DNA from: Eledone cirrhosa | Taxonomy: Eukaryota | NCBI GenBank assembly: GCA_964016885.1 | Contig: OZ024740.1 | Coordinates: 382,850,001-382,914,000 of the forward strand | Length of the DNA: 64,000 nucleotides | Direction: 5' to 3' | Shown here: in pieces, positions 29,911 through 54,163 of the stretch | Position numbering within the stretch: position 1 is the stretch's first letter | Layout of the letters: each line of letters starts with the position of its first letter | Program-made: the position numbers and the translations under genes | The notes under the pieces: model-generated | The model's database searches: none | The model's input: only the letters and a program-made list of their open reading frames with translations | Told to the model about the DNA's origin: nothing

Positions 29911-30021
29911 ATAGTTTCTGATGAAATGATTGGAGTTAGATGTATTGTAAATTGAGGTATACTGTCTCCAGTATTTAGCAATTTATAGACAATTCTATCA
30001 TGGAAACAATTGTAAGACTGT
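29911..30021 (+). ncRNA. Type I hammerhead motif with long stem II insertion
   Basis: ATAGTTT-CTGATGA-AATGAT...ATCATG-GAA-ACAATTGT-A-AGACTGT; palindromic stem III, GUA triplet, A-G mismatch closing stem II; (TA)n about 55 nt downstream. Confidence 0.7.
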
Positions 30022-30068
30022 AAATAAATATCCCTGTTTGTACTGTCAACCATGTTATTCTTCACTTT

Positions 30069-30125
<57 letters not shown>

Positions 30126-30562
30126 TTATATATATATAGATAGATAGATAGATATAGCTCAATCGAGATAAGAGCTGCTACATTATATTATATATTTGTA
30201 TCTATCTACAGAACCAAAGACCTACATTATCTTTCAAGGCTCAATATTGACCCCATAAGGAAAGAGGGATCAAAATTATGACCCAATCTTCAGGTGCATA
30301 TGCGTGGCTATAAGATACCGTTCAAATTAATGAGTGCAACAATGGACCGTTTACAGAAAACGTATTATAACGGTCTGAAAATATTTATTCTAATTTCAGC
30401 CTCCGCGAGCCTGACAGTTTCATATTCAAATGAAGCTAAATAGCCCATGTGCATAGGTGAAAAAACTATATACTTTCGCCTGTATTAAATTCCATCAGAG
30501 AGCAGATGACGGCGATAAGCCGGGAACGCGTCTAGAATTATCCTCTATGGTTGTGCTGGAAT

Positions 30563-30578
30563 CCACTAGATGGTGCTA
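30563..30578 (+). promoter_or_regulatory. Possible CTCF-binding motif
   Basis: CCACTAGATGGTGCTA is one substitution from the CCACTAGATGGCGCTA-type consensus and lies in a locally CpG-richer patch. Confidence 0.35.
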
Positions 30579-31365
30579 GCCGTCAGCTTTCTAAAGTCAT
30601 ATTTAAACAGCTTTGAAATTGTTTATTCGTAAATATACCGTATATCATTTGATATACAAAATTCACATATTAATATGTATATTGCTATGTTGGAGCGAAA
30701 GCTTTAATTTTATATATGTATATATATTATAAGAATAGATTAAAATGAAATTTATTTTAACCAACTACAATATGATTTATACACGCTAAAATCTTTATAT
30801 TACTGCGTATTTTTAATCAAAATATTATTTAGGTATGACGACTCAGTTTATTACAATTAATATTAAGATTGCAACAGCAAAAGATATATTTATAGAAAAA
30901 AATATTGTTTTACCTGCATAATTTTCCATACTGCTGTTTTCCACACGATTACAACATTAGCTAACTAACAATTGATTAATTAACCAGTCAAGACTACACG
31001 GATCATGACGGAACCAGTCTTACGATGTACTAATTATCGGCTATTTCAAATTTTTGTGTCTAGTCAGGACCGCTATAACGGCTAAAATGAAAACGTAATG
31101 TTATGAACACCACTTGGTTTAGATGTTGCTATTCAATATAGCATTAAATAGCTATTAATGAGAAGACATATGAAATTATAAATAGCTTACAATATACTTT
31201 AAAAATTAACAACTTAACCTGAAAATAATTTAGTTTACTAAAAGGGAGTAGCAACATTAAGAAAATGTTTAAATTTAACATTAAGTTAAAGTTTATTTCA
31301 AACATATTATCTCATAAAATAGCTCCTATATGTTTTATACAGACCAAGATCCGTACTTGTACTCA

Positions 31366-31979
<614 letters not shown>

Positions 31980-33966
31980 GAATGTATCTTTGAGCGAGTG
32001 TGTGTTTTTGCCGAAAAGTATATTTGGTAAATGGATGCTAAATTAGTCATTCAATGAGTAACATTAAAAAGAATAGATCAACTTTGTCACATTCATTAGG
32101 TAATTTAATCGGTATTGCGGTTACACTAAGAATTAAAGCCTTAACTATATCTTTAGACTATTGTTTAATGATTGAAGTGCCTAGCGTCGCCCGTACATGT
32201 TATCTGTATAATTGTACTGATCTGTCGCTATGTTAATCATATGCCGAATCACGATCAATGATATACATGATTAAATTCCACGATTCAAGTCCATGATTCA
32301 ATTCAACTAAATCGATCTGTAAGTGGATAAATACACGTGCAAAGCTTCCATCTTATAATTAATTCGAATACAGTTTATTTACCTTTTGCTTAAGCATTGA
32401 TCGTGGCCGTGTTGTTGTATCTTGTACATTCCACTTTTACCCACCGATATAAAATTTCGGAGAGCATAAGAGAAAGCTTACAGAAGCATCGACACATCGA
32501 TACCTTCTATCTCACATTACCACGTATATTGACCTACCATTCCTTGCAGTTCTCTTGGACTATTATTTGCCTGTTGGTGTCAACCTTACTTTATGATCCG
32601 TAAGTGAAAGTACAAGCTCAGTCTAAAACCAATACCAACCATCTAATATTTCTTCTCTATAATAATTCAGCAGTCAACCCGAAATATCAGGATTTTTGTT
32701 AATGATATTTGTAACCAAACCCATGTTCCTATATGCAATTTTCAAATATGGGTTGATTCTCTTCTATCTCACGGGTAACTCCGTTCGACTTAACTATTGA
32801 AATGACATTCTTTACTATCCATAATGCTTGAGATAAGATAAATCAGAACGAGCCGGCTATCGTAAAACTTTAATATTGCTTTTATTGTTTTTGTTTTGAA
32901 ATTAAATAAAAGATAGTGGTATCATCTACGTAATTTCGGGTAATCAATTGCAAGTAGCTCCCAGCGTTATTTCCTATTTACTGACTCACATTTTCTACTT
33001 AGCCGTATTGAGTAATGATTCTCACATTTATTATTCTTGTGCAGACAAAAATCATCGATATGTTCTTCACAGGTAATACCCAAAACATCACCAAAGTAGC
33101 AAAAACAAATGTAATCAATAGAGGTATCGAAATACATAATCATGGCGTGTTGGTTTTGAACTATAGCTTGTAGCAAATAGGTTCATTTAAATGTAGTTCT
33201 TCTAAAGTTTATATTATATCCCTTGACAAATAATCGCCTGGGATAGTCTAGTGCTACACTGATAATTTCACAACACTTTTAGCCTTAGCGGAATCTTAAG
33301 TAGGAAATGATAATGCTCTTTTTCAAATCTGAATTCCATGAAAGTAAAAGTGTCCCTTTGGAAGCCAAACCACGTTTTTTCCGTTTTGGTACACTCGTGA
33401 TACCTACTGTATCAAATGTATTCTGCAAATCCTTTCAAAATAATTTACGAAAGTTTTGCTTCATAAGCTAACAAATTTTTACATGAACATTAAATAACTT
33501 TGTAGCTTTTTAAAATTCAAGAGATAGACCTCTACATATATCGTACAAAATTAAGAAAGATGACACCCCGAGCAACGATTTGAAATATTGTCAGTTTCCA
33601 ATATTATATTTAACTTATATTTAACTCTAATTTTAGTATTCACTTCTTCTATTTGTGTGCTTGTAACCCACACCCATCCTGATATAGACACAAATGGGGC
33701 ATCGATTTTGTGTTAAATCTCGAAATCTAATTATATCTATTAAACTGATATATATTTTTTCTATTTTCTCAAACATGTACAGTCTATACACAATATTTAT
33801 CGATCCCTCTAACTTCTGGTAGAAATGTTTGTTCTTAAATAAATGTACTGATTCTCCCTCCTATCTTTATCTCTCTCTCTCTTCCCCCTAATTTTCCCAC
33901 ATTTGACTCACCGACTATGACTCTTTTCTTGTCACTAGGATCACCCAATATTTGCACACACATTCT

Positions 33967-34000
<34 letters not shown>

Positions 34001-34034
34001 TGTATGTATGTATGTATGTATGTATGTATGTATG

Positions 34035-34067
<33 letters not shown>

Positions 34068-35001
34068 CATCTGTTTGTGTGTGTCTCTGTGTGAGGGTGT
34101 GTATGTGTATGATGTCAGTTTAATCTTCTCTTGTACGCGCCGAAAATAATATCTCTTCTGAAATTTCGGAGATAGATGAAAAACGTTCAGCACTCTTGGC
34201 GTGTTAATATCAGTTCGACATTTTTCTCATCAGTCTGATTGAATTGGCTGTCAAGGGGAAACCGAACATTTGGTGATTTTCCCTGGCCGTATTTTCTCGT
34301 CCATTGGAATACCAATCACTAATGCGATTTATGTACGTTTAATTCGATAATAGCAATATTTCAGGAAAACTTCTTTCTTTATCCAGCTACTTGAATCCAC
34401 TTGTCGAAGACACACATGTTTCTAGATGTTGTTCTAACACTCATATTGACTTAAACATTTGCAGATAGTTTGTTCACATAGAAAAGCAGGGATATGTATT
34501 TAGATATTGTGCAAAATGTTGCTGTCCAATATATTGAGCGTTTATTTAAGCAAAAGTAGACCTCTTACATTCCAGCTGCTTTTGTTTTCTAAGTTTTGGT
34601 ATATATACATATATGATGACCTTCCAAAAGCATTATAAGTGATTATTTGTAATTCTCTTTTCACTTCTCAGTAAATGAACTTTGGTAGGCAATGGTATTT
34701 GCTATTTAGAAATACTTTCTCCCTTTGAGAGGGACAAGGACATACTTTAAGGTGTGGAATATATAATCTAGTGAATCACACCACTATTTGATTTATTTAA
34801 CAGTTCTCGGCAAAATGAAAAGAAGAGTTCCCACGGTGGATCTGAAACCCAATATTAAATGAAAAAAAAAATGTTTCGAGGTCTATAAGATTGATAACAA
34901 ACAAAAAAATGTACATAATAAAAACCTAAATCCGTTTTCCAAAAATATTCATGTTTGGAAAGAAGTCCTAAAAAATATAAATCGGGAGCGCATTATAGTA
35001 C

Positions 35002-36130
35002 ATAATTGTTTCTACATTTGGCACAAAGCCAGAAAATACCCAGTGCATTACTGGTACTTTATTTTATCGACCCCGTAAGGATGAAAGACAAAGTTAACCT
35101 CGACGGGATTTGAATCCAGACCGTAAAGGGACATAACTATGATGGAACACATGGCGTCCGACCCTCTAACGATACTGCCAATCCACGGTCCCCCCAGACG
35201 GTAAATGGACATAACTATGATGGAACACATGGCGTCCGACCCTCTAAAGATACTACCAATCCACGGTCCCCCCAGACCGTAAAGGGACATAACTATGATG
35301 GAACACATGGCGTCCGACCCTCTAACGATACTACCAATCCACGGTCCCCCCAGACCGTAAATGGACATAACTATGATGGAACACATGGCGTCCGACCCTC
35401 TAACGATACTACCAATCCACGGTCCCCCCAGACCGTAAATGGACATAGCTATGATGGAACACATGGCGTCCGACCCTCTAACGATACTACCAATCCACGG
35501 TCCCCCCAGACCGTAAATGGACATAGCTATGATGGAACACATGGCGTCCGACCCTCTAACGATACTACCAATCCACGGTCCCCCCAGACCGTAAATGGAC
35601 ATAGCTATGATGGAACACATGGCGTCCGACCCTCTAACGATACTACCAATCCACGGTCCCCCCAGACCGTAAATGGACATAACTATGATGGAACACATGG
35701 CGTCCGACCCTCTAACGATACTACCAATCCACGGTCCCCCCAGACCGTAAATGGACATAGCTATGATGGAAGACATGGCGTCCGACCCTCTAACGATACT
35801 ACCAATCCACGGTCCCCCCAGACCGTAAATGGACATAGCTATGATGGAACACATGGCGTCCGACCCTCTAACGATACTACCAATCCACGGTCCCCCCAGA
35901 CCGTAAATGGACATAGCTATGATGGAACACATGGCGTCCGACCCTCTAACGATACTACCAATCCACGGTCCCCCCAATCCGTAAAGGGACATAACTATGA
36001 TGGAACACATGGCGTCCGACCCTCTAACGATACTACCAATCCACGGTCCCCCCAGACCGTAAAGGGACATAACTATGATGGAACACATGGCGTCCGACCC
36101 TCTACCGATACTGCCAATCCACCGCCCCCC
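35002..36130 (-). mobile_element. SINE family A whose 5' head is amplified as 13 tandem copies of 78 bp
   Basis: SINE body at 35002-35116; CAGACCGTAAA-type units start at 35117 and recur every 78 bp to 36053. Confidence 0.9.
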
Positions 36131-36366
36131 GTATATAATGTTTGCCGGAGAGTATCATATATTTTAGAATATTGATTAAATGAAAATGTTAAATCTACCT
36201 TTTAAATACGAGCAGTATCTTCTTTTTTATAATGCTATGGTGTACGTTTCGATTGTTAGATTACCATGTTCTATTTAGATATATTAGCAAACGTGATCAA
36301 ATCAGAACATAACCATAGCGAGACTTATGTACAATTATTATACATATGTAATTATTATACCTACGT

Positions 36367-36458
36367 AATCCCGCCGAGGTCAACTTTGCCTTTCATCTTT
36401 TTGAGGTCGATAAAATAAAGTACCAGTAATGGCCTTGTGTCAAATGTAGAAACAATTA
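36367..36458 (+). mobile_element. 5'-truncated SINE family A
   Basis: AATCCCGCCGAGGTCAACTTTGCCTTTCATC...AAATGTAGAAACAATTAT. Confidence 0.8.
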
Positions 36459-36806
36459 TACATAGGTATATCCTTTCAAATAGACCGCTCATATGAATTA
36501 CGTTGTTAGAGCTTCTGCTACTAAAGTTCTAACGATATACAAATAATCATTTCCCTAAATAGATAATTTCCAAAAAACAAACAAACATATTAAATAGCAG
36601 GTTTTTAATCCTCAGTAGCGAGTAAACGTCAGTGATGTTGGTTAAGAATCCTAAAACGTTTGGTTGCTATTCATGGTTTGAAATACCTAAATCAACCGTA
36701 TCTATGTGCATTATATAAACATGTTGTATATGCATTTCTATATGCTTGTATTAAAGTACATGTAGACACACACATATACATATATATATATTCAAATATA
36801 AATATA

Positions 36807-36896
<90 letters not shown>

Positions 36897-36947
36897 TAAA
36901 TTAGTGTGTGTATGTGTGTGTATGTGATTTTGTGCGGCTGCGTGAGG

Positions 36948-36981
<34 letters not shown>

Positions 36982-37123
36982 AAGTATATATCTCTACACG
37001 CACAAAGCGCTTAGGGACACATGTATTGTCCAACCATATGCCAATGTGGTCTCGGGAACAATTTTGAATAGCGCCAGTTCGTAATTTGAACTCGGGAATT
37101 TTATATTCCCCGAGTGAAAAGAT

Positions 37124-37207
37124 CCTTCTGACGAGAGTTTATCTTTGCAATGGATGCCGTAAGGACTGTCCATTTATTTTTGAGACTCGAAACCGATTCG
37201 ATAAAAG
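37124..37207 (+). ncRNA. Degenerate type I hammerhead between two (TA)n tracts
   Basis: CCTT-CTGACGA-GAGTTT...AGACTC-GAA-ACCGA t TCGAT-A-AAAG; one mismatch in stem III, weak stem I. Confidence 0.55.
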
Positions 37208-37277
37208 TAACCATAGTGAGTAAAGTTAATTTTTTAAAATTTATTTTGAAACTTTATCTTATTTGCTAAACCTTTAT

Positions 37278-37337
<60 letters not shown>

Positions 37338-37689
37338 TTTATATAAATATATATATATGATGAAAATAGAAATAGAAGATTTGCAGTAATATTTTGACTA
37401 AATATTATAGTCTAATAACCCACGGAACGTAGAAAGATCGTTATTCTCACACATGGGCGTATGTGTGTTTATACCCATCTTTTTCTAATTGTACTTTCAT
37501 TCCAAACATCACTCGTCGCGTTCAAAGCATATTTCCTTTGTTTATATATATATACATGTGTATATTGTAGTAGGTCGAATGGATATGGTTTTGCACCTAG
37601 AAAATTTGACCAAGTTGTGTATTTGGATGACGAGCAGTCGTCCTGCATTCCAGTCTCATCTCTCGAAATCACCGATGTTGTCCAAGAGA

Positions 37690-37852
37690 AATCAAAGTCT
37701 AAGACAGCTTGGTACCAGTGGCGTCGGAACTCGTTGCTACAACTCAGTGAACTGGAGCACCGTGAAATAAACTGCCTTGCTCAAGATCAGAATGCACTAC
37801 CTGGTCTTTACGATGGTGAGCTCAACGTTCTAATCACTAAACCACACGCCTA
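37690..37852 (-). mobile_element. Second tRNA-derived SINE family (Meta/MESC-like core), decayed
   Basis: Minus strand GGCGTGTGGTTTAGTGATTAG (A-box-like) and CTTGAGCAAGGCAGTTTATTTCACGGTGCTCCAG. Confidence 0.5.
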
Positions 37853-40037
37853 CACAAACACACACACACACACACCCCCACAGATGGACCATAACGCACC
37901 AGAGTACTCAATACTTAGGGTAGAAGTGTGGGAAATAGGACAAAGTATGACCCCGAAATGGCTTGAGCTCTGCCGTCGGGGTCATACTTTTTTCCTATAT
38001 ATATATATATATATGGGAAGGCGGAAGTGTATGGAGAGATTCTGGATGTTTCCCATTTACAAATTCCACTTAAAATGTATTAGTGAACCTTATACCATGG
38101 AAGCCATGTGCCCTACGCGCTGTGTCGTGGGTTAGAATTCGAATAATAATTGTGGCACCAACCTTTAAACCCACAGACATATTTTTCTGGCATGTGCTCA
38201 AAATCACAAAATATTGTAGAAAGTGTAATTTATTAATTTTTATCTTTCGTATATAGTCAATCTAGAAAAATGACAACCAATGACAATCTGCAGAATTTGA
38301 ACGCTAATCTTATAATAATAAGGGCCACATATTCACCATAACGGTATATAGCGCTGCACATTCCTTGTTCACCAATTAACAATCGAGCCAGCGAACAAAC
38401 TCCATTGATGTTGTCACACGATCCCTTAGAATAAGAAAATAAATGACCCTCAAATGTGTTATCCATAGGCTATACTTTCTTGAACGCCACGAAATGCATA
38501 CAGTTAATTGGTCTGAAGCATCCTCGCATAGAAGATGTTTTTCTCCACTTCAGCTTGTTTACTTTGATATACAATATATAATATAGGAGTGATTAAAATA
38601 TTTAATTTTATCAAATATTTTTTGTCTGAATTAGAATAAGTATCAAAATATTTGTAAATTTTGCATTTGTTTTATTAATTAATTATGCTATATTTTCGCA
38701 ATTTCTTTCCTTATCAAAACGTTTTGATGAATAATTATGTATACAAAGAAGGATATGGGGAATTGAATTAATTTAATTCTTAGCAATTGCCCAAGATACA
38801 CCTAATTAGATTTTGAAAAATATACTTGGCAAGAGAATATTACATTACTGAAAGAAATATTAAGAGGAAACAAGTAGAAATTCAGTGAAATATTTTAATA
38901 TCATTGATATTGCTTGAAGTATTAACAGTAAAGAAAAACGAAGTAATATCTAGTTAAAACAAATAATTATTTAAATATCGAATTCCATCTCGACAAGATG
39001 CCAAATTGGAATCAGTTCAATCGCATCATTAATATACCCAAGAAATTTGTGAACTTCATAGCTGTCTATTTCAATTAAAGTTTCAAAGTACCAGGGATAT
39101 AAAAAAAGATAGAATACGTTGTTTAAATCATTCCGTTTTAAGGTATCATAGTCGCAAAAGCATCGGATTCAATGCCATGGGGTATGATTTCCGGTTTGCT
39201 GCACGCTGAATTCAATACCACCGATTTCCCATTTGATTTTCATCTTTGGATTAGCGGCATTATTTGTTCTTATCGCTATGAGCTCGCTTTCCAGAGCAAT
39301 TGTGACAAGCACGATCAGAGCTTTCAATTCCATTGGATATATGATAAAAAGAGGAAACTTGCTTTCATAGACCACTATTGGTTTACTAGCATACCATTAG
39401 TACATAATACAGCGACTTTGGAGAGGAACGTTCCAGGTGCAGACCCATGACATTACGAGAAAAACCGAGACACTATATACAATTATGATTTCTATATAGA
39501 GAAATTCAACTTACTAAAACAAAATATCTATATCCTTGTATAAATCCTGATTTCAGAATTGTAACCTATGATAGCGCTTCTCTGTGGGTAGGTGGAAAGG
39601 TAAATTTGAGAGTTTATTCTGTTTCTCCTGAACTTACTATATTTCCGGTAGCTCCGTCTGTACAGTTCATTTGTCAATCGTGAATCCGCCACTACACATA
39701 CTCCGACCACTGCATCAGAATATAGATATTTTAATAATGCTATGAAACTATCGGTCACTCCACGTTTTTTCTATGTATTGGGCTGATGCATCACCAGTAT
39801 CATATACAAGGGAAGCGATTCACTACAATAGCAGTGTTAGTTATTTTAATATTTCGCTACTAATTAATTAATTCTTTCGTATGATCAATTTTCATATCAT
39901 TAAAAATCAAGATTATAATATCACCAGGAGCAACGCAAAAGGTGGCAAAATATTAATTAAAAAAGAAAACTTGGTTTCCAGAAATCTTTTTGAAACTATA
40001 GTTATTGATTTATTGAACTGTTATGTTCTGCTATGGC

Positions 40038-40110
40038 ATTATTGCAAGTATATTAACTTATTTGGCATACGGGAAAGATGTTCCACAGCTGCTACACATA
40101 CGCACGCACG

Positions 40111-40145
<35 letters not shown>

Positions 40146-40274
40146 GCGCGCGCACGCACATACACACACCCACGCACACACACACACACACGCACACACA
40201 CACACACATTCACACATTATATTTATATATATATTGCAAATACATTAACTTATTTGGCATACGGAAAAGATGTT
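40038..40274. repeat. About 45-bp direct repeats flanking a CA/CG microsatellite
   Basis: TATTGCAARTAYATTAACTTATTTGGCATACGGRAAGATGTT at about 40040 and 40232. Confidence 0.8.
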
Positions 40275-40620
40275 GCAATAATGCCATAATATACATAAAT
40301 AAAAGTTCATGTTATCCCATATAGTCTTTAACATTCTAGTCAAGAATGTTAGCAAACGTACCTCTAAACTCGCATGAAACTAATGTAAGACTAATGTAAG
40401 CAAAAGCTGTTTAGCACTCATAGATATGTAATACCATAAAGGACATAATTACCACCACACAGTTGGAACATGATATCATTGTAGAAACAATAAGAACTCA
40501 CAACTCCTAGGCAAAGATCATACCCACCAAACATGGATTTTCATGTAAAACGATAGTGTCATTCTCATTGAACAATTTAACACTCCAGCGATAATATATA
40601 AAGTTGAAGTATTTTCACTG

Positions 40621-40812
40621 AAATAATTGTTTCTACTTTAGGCACAAGGCCAACTATTACCAAGTGCATTACTGGTACTTTATTTTATCGACCCCGTAAG
40701 GATGAAAGGCAAAGTCAACCTCGGCGGGAGTTGAACTCAGATCGTAAAGGGACTTAACTATGCTGGAAAGCATGGCGTCCGACCCTCTACCGATACTGCC
40801 AATCCACCGCCC
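40621..40812 (-). mobile_element. tRNA-derived SINE (family A), full length
   Basis: Matches the other copies end to end; 18-bp duplication at 40610-40627 and 40832-40849. Confidence 0.9.
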
Positions 40813-41651
40813 TTTCATATCTATGTCACATTATTTTCACTGAAATAATGTGACATAGATATGTGTGTGTATGTCGGAGAGTTATTTTAAAAACCATTTC
40901 CTAAATCATGAAATGATTTACAGCTAACCGCATAAAAGAAATATCACTTATTAGGCGAACGTATAGCAACACAAGAACCAGATCAGCACATTCTCTATTA
41001 AATGGAAGATACTTCAACACATTATGCAATGATCAGTAGTGGCGGATACTTACTAGTCTTTACACCAACAATATATCTGAATACCCACTTGGAATTCTTC
41101 TTTCACAGACCCCCACGCCACGAAACGTCTTCGAAAGGGCGGACCTCCATAGAAAATTACTATAAAGGAAAACTTTCGCGTTAATATTTTTTCCTATTTA
41201 TATTAATTTTTGCCTTATCCATAATGTCAAATATTCGATTTGTCTTCTATAACTTGTAAATCTGTATTAATTAATTTCAACTGCAAGTGTTAACCCTAAT
41301 ATGCGGTTTTTAAGATTATTTTCTTTCTTTCCTATATATTTATTCCCCCTTTTTGACTTTCCTGTCAACCTCCTTCATATCAGTTACTTCCGGGTCTTTT
41401 CCTACATCAAGGATTGACACGTTGGTCCAACCAACTAAACGCCCTGCTATCGTGTTAAGACTTCATTGTAGTACTGGGCTTGTGATAATATATCAAAACA
41501 CTCTAAAGGCTTGAGTTGATCTATGCCATTCCTATATCTACCAAGTTATTATATAAAATATATATAATTTGTTGCAATAATGATATGTACAGGTACTTAA
41601 GATTCGTTGGGCTATTTCAGCCTGAAATGTAAATAAAGATGGCTTCCGCCT

Positions 41652-42200
41652 AGAGATTTTCAGAAAGTACAGGAGAGTTTTAAGGGGAGGTGATCCCGAA
41701 TTTATTTATACGTCGGCAAATCCCTTGAATAATGTAAGTGAAAAGGGAGGCAACTATACAAGACGAAGTTAAACAACTTGTGTTACACGGGGAGCCCAAG
41801 TATTAAGTGGTTAAGTCGAAGAAAATAAATCAATTTAATCGGGTCTAGACCGTTTTTTCAAAATATTTCAATGAGACGAAATTTTGCAGGCTTTGTAACT
41901 CAGAGAAGTGGAATATAGTCTCGCAACCGGCTTCAGGGAAACGCTGCTTAAATACCCGCTTCGATGCTTCATTTGTTGTTCTCTTGGAGCAAAATCTGTT
42001 CTGAAAAATGGTCCAGACCGGAGTCATTGAATTTATTTTCCTAGACATTTCAAATTAAATCTAGGGCTCCCTGTTTCACACAAGTTGCCTAACTTTTTTA
42101 ATACTTTCCTTTTCACTTAAATTATGCAAGAGATTTGCCTATTTATAGATGAATACGGGATCAAGTACACTTAGGGCTCTCCTATACTTTCTAAAATTTA
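41652..42200. repeat. Old diverged inverted repeat, arms about 41652-41834 and 42027-42200
   Basis: AGAAAGTACAGGAGAG, GGCAAATCCCTTG, AAGTGAAAAGG, CAACTTGTGT and GGGAGCCC all have reverse-complement counterparts in mirror order. Confidence 0.75.
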
Positions 42201-42355
42201 CCATGTGGGAAGACATTTTTATTCATATGAGCAAAGAACGGTGACCTCTCCCAATTTGCCTCAAAGAAGACAACCCGTCTAACTAATGCTAGGATGTTTA
42301 AAATGAAGATTAAACGATTATGATTAATTATGATTAAGAATATAAGGATATATAA

Positions 42356-52230
<9,875 letters not shown>

Positions 52231-52457
52231 ATATAAAATACGTAAGTCAAACATGTTAAATTTTGCTTCGTTTATTATCTGGTTTATATATTTAAGTGAC
52301 AGCTATTATTGGCTGTGACCTCTTCAGGCAGTACGAATTAATGTAGAGAGAACAGGTAAACATGGTGTTGAAATGTGTTCCATTCTGTCAATTCATGTCC
52401 AGCTCCTGGGTGTGTTGTTAGACCTACGAGGAACTGGAATCATATTATATATATATA

Positions 52458-52556
<99 letters not shown>

Positions 52557-53864
52557 GTGTATGTGTGTTTATGCATATATAAGTAAGAGGAGAATCTTTG
52601 GAAGTAATTAAATATATCACATATAGTGAGCGGTTCTTCAGTTTTCTCAAATGCATTACTGTGATATTTTATTAACAATTTAACACAATTTATTTTCTTA
52701 CACATTTTAATTTGTGTTCATCATTTATTAATTTTCAATCTAAATTTAATCTTCTTGGAAATACAGTGTTTTATGAATATTCATGAACTGATGTCTCCTG
52801 ATAAATAATATGTTGCCAGTAATCAGAAGTTGTCAAATTTAACCATGTATTTTGTAGATGGGGAGCGAGTTCAAATATAGAACATATAGTTGCATATATC
52901 ATGTTTGCAAAATGTGTGTATCTTTTGGTTTGTCAGGAGAAAGAGTATGAATGTGTTTAATAAAGAGATTGTATGTTAGATGATTTGTAATTACATGCCA
53001 GAATAGTTTCTTATGATACCATTGCTATCCTTTATTATTCTCACATGCGTAATAACATAAATACATTCATTCATAATACAGTATGAAATTGTAGTATGTA
53101 CATTACTTACGTTTAGTTTTTATGTGCCTATGCACTAACGAGAAAACACGGATATATTCGTGATTCCCCCTAATCTAATGAAACAGATCACCCAGATTTT
53201 GAAACGTGGAATGAGAAATAGGTGCACTACGAAGGAAAAGAGGAGCATGGTGATATTTGAACATAGGAGAAACCTGGGTCAATTACCCAGGTCTCTCAAT
53301 ACGCTGTGGAAAAATGTTTTAACTCGTTACGAAATCAGATTGGCTGCTTAGGATGTTTAAGGAAGTACGACATATTAAGGCGCGGATTACATACCTATGG
53401 TCTATAGAGTTAATCAGGCCCATATTATGACTTCTATTCTGTCTTAATATGTTCTGATCTACTTTGCTTTTATTTTAACAGGTGTTTCCTTCAAGAACGT
53501 ATTAATGTTATACGTCTGAGGTATAGGAAAATGGTCTGAATATTCAATTAGCAAATGACTGCATTGCTTACAATTTGAAGGCAAATGTAATGTTGAATTA
53601 CCTGCCAGAAGTTGTTTAATAAACAGATCCAGTAAGCCGTGCTGGGAAGCTGAAACTTTTGTCATTTTTCGTTCAAAAAATTGTAAAACATCCGCTGGTC
53701 ATATGAAAGCAAATGAACGCACCTCGGTGATTAGAATTCCATTGAATATTAAAAAGGATGGCTGGCAGCTAAATAAATTCACCTAACACACACACACACG
53801 CACACACACACACACATACTCACACACACAAACATACTCACACACTCACACACATGCAGACACA

Positions 53865-53899
<35 letters not shown>

Positions 53900-54039
53900 A
53901 GTGCGTGTGTGGGGATGTGTGTATGTGTGCGCGCGCGTGTGTGTGTGTGTGTGTGCGCGTGTTAGGTAATTCCGAAGATAAAGCAAAAGAAAAAAGAGTG
54001 CTCTATGTATAGAAAAGAGGTTTTTAATTTGAAAGTGAA

Positions 54040-54145
54040 CAACATCTCTCTCTGATGAACGATATAGATGTATATTAATATTGTCTAGGGCCCTGAAACC
54101 TTTCCTAATAGAGTAGTTATATATTGTGTTGTTCACTTTCTAATT
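54040..54145 (+). repeat. Decayed hammerhead-type element related to 2235-2365
   Basis: CTGATGA at about 54052 and GAAACCTTT at about 54095; tail TAGTTATA-TTGTGTTG-TCACT-TCTAATT is shared with 2330-2365. Confidence 0.45.
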
Positions 54146-54163
54146 ATATATATATATATTATT

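Noticed and set aside
35048-36088. 346-aa ORF with a 26-aa repeat, or a CRISPR-like array
   Set aside because: It is a 78-bp SINE-head tandem repeat with no unique spacers, no cas genes and a eukaryotic context.
37461-38135. 224-aa ORF
   Set aside because: Runs through an antisense SINE, microsatellites and another repeat; no domain.
39169-39450. Overlapping short ORFs on both strands
   Set aside because: No recognisable motif or convincing splice sites.
52270-52335. Minus-strand CTGAAGA with a hairpin beside the array
   Set aside because: No matching GAAA-stem III-GUH half.
53460-53540. Possible exon after a TTTTAACAG acceptor
   Set aside because: Stops occur early in all frames and there is no strong donor or domain similarity.
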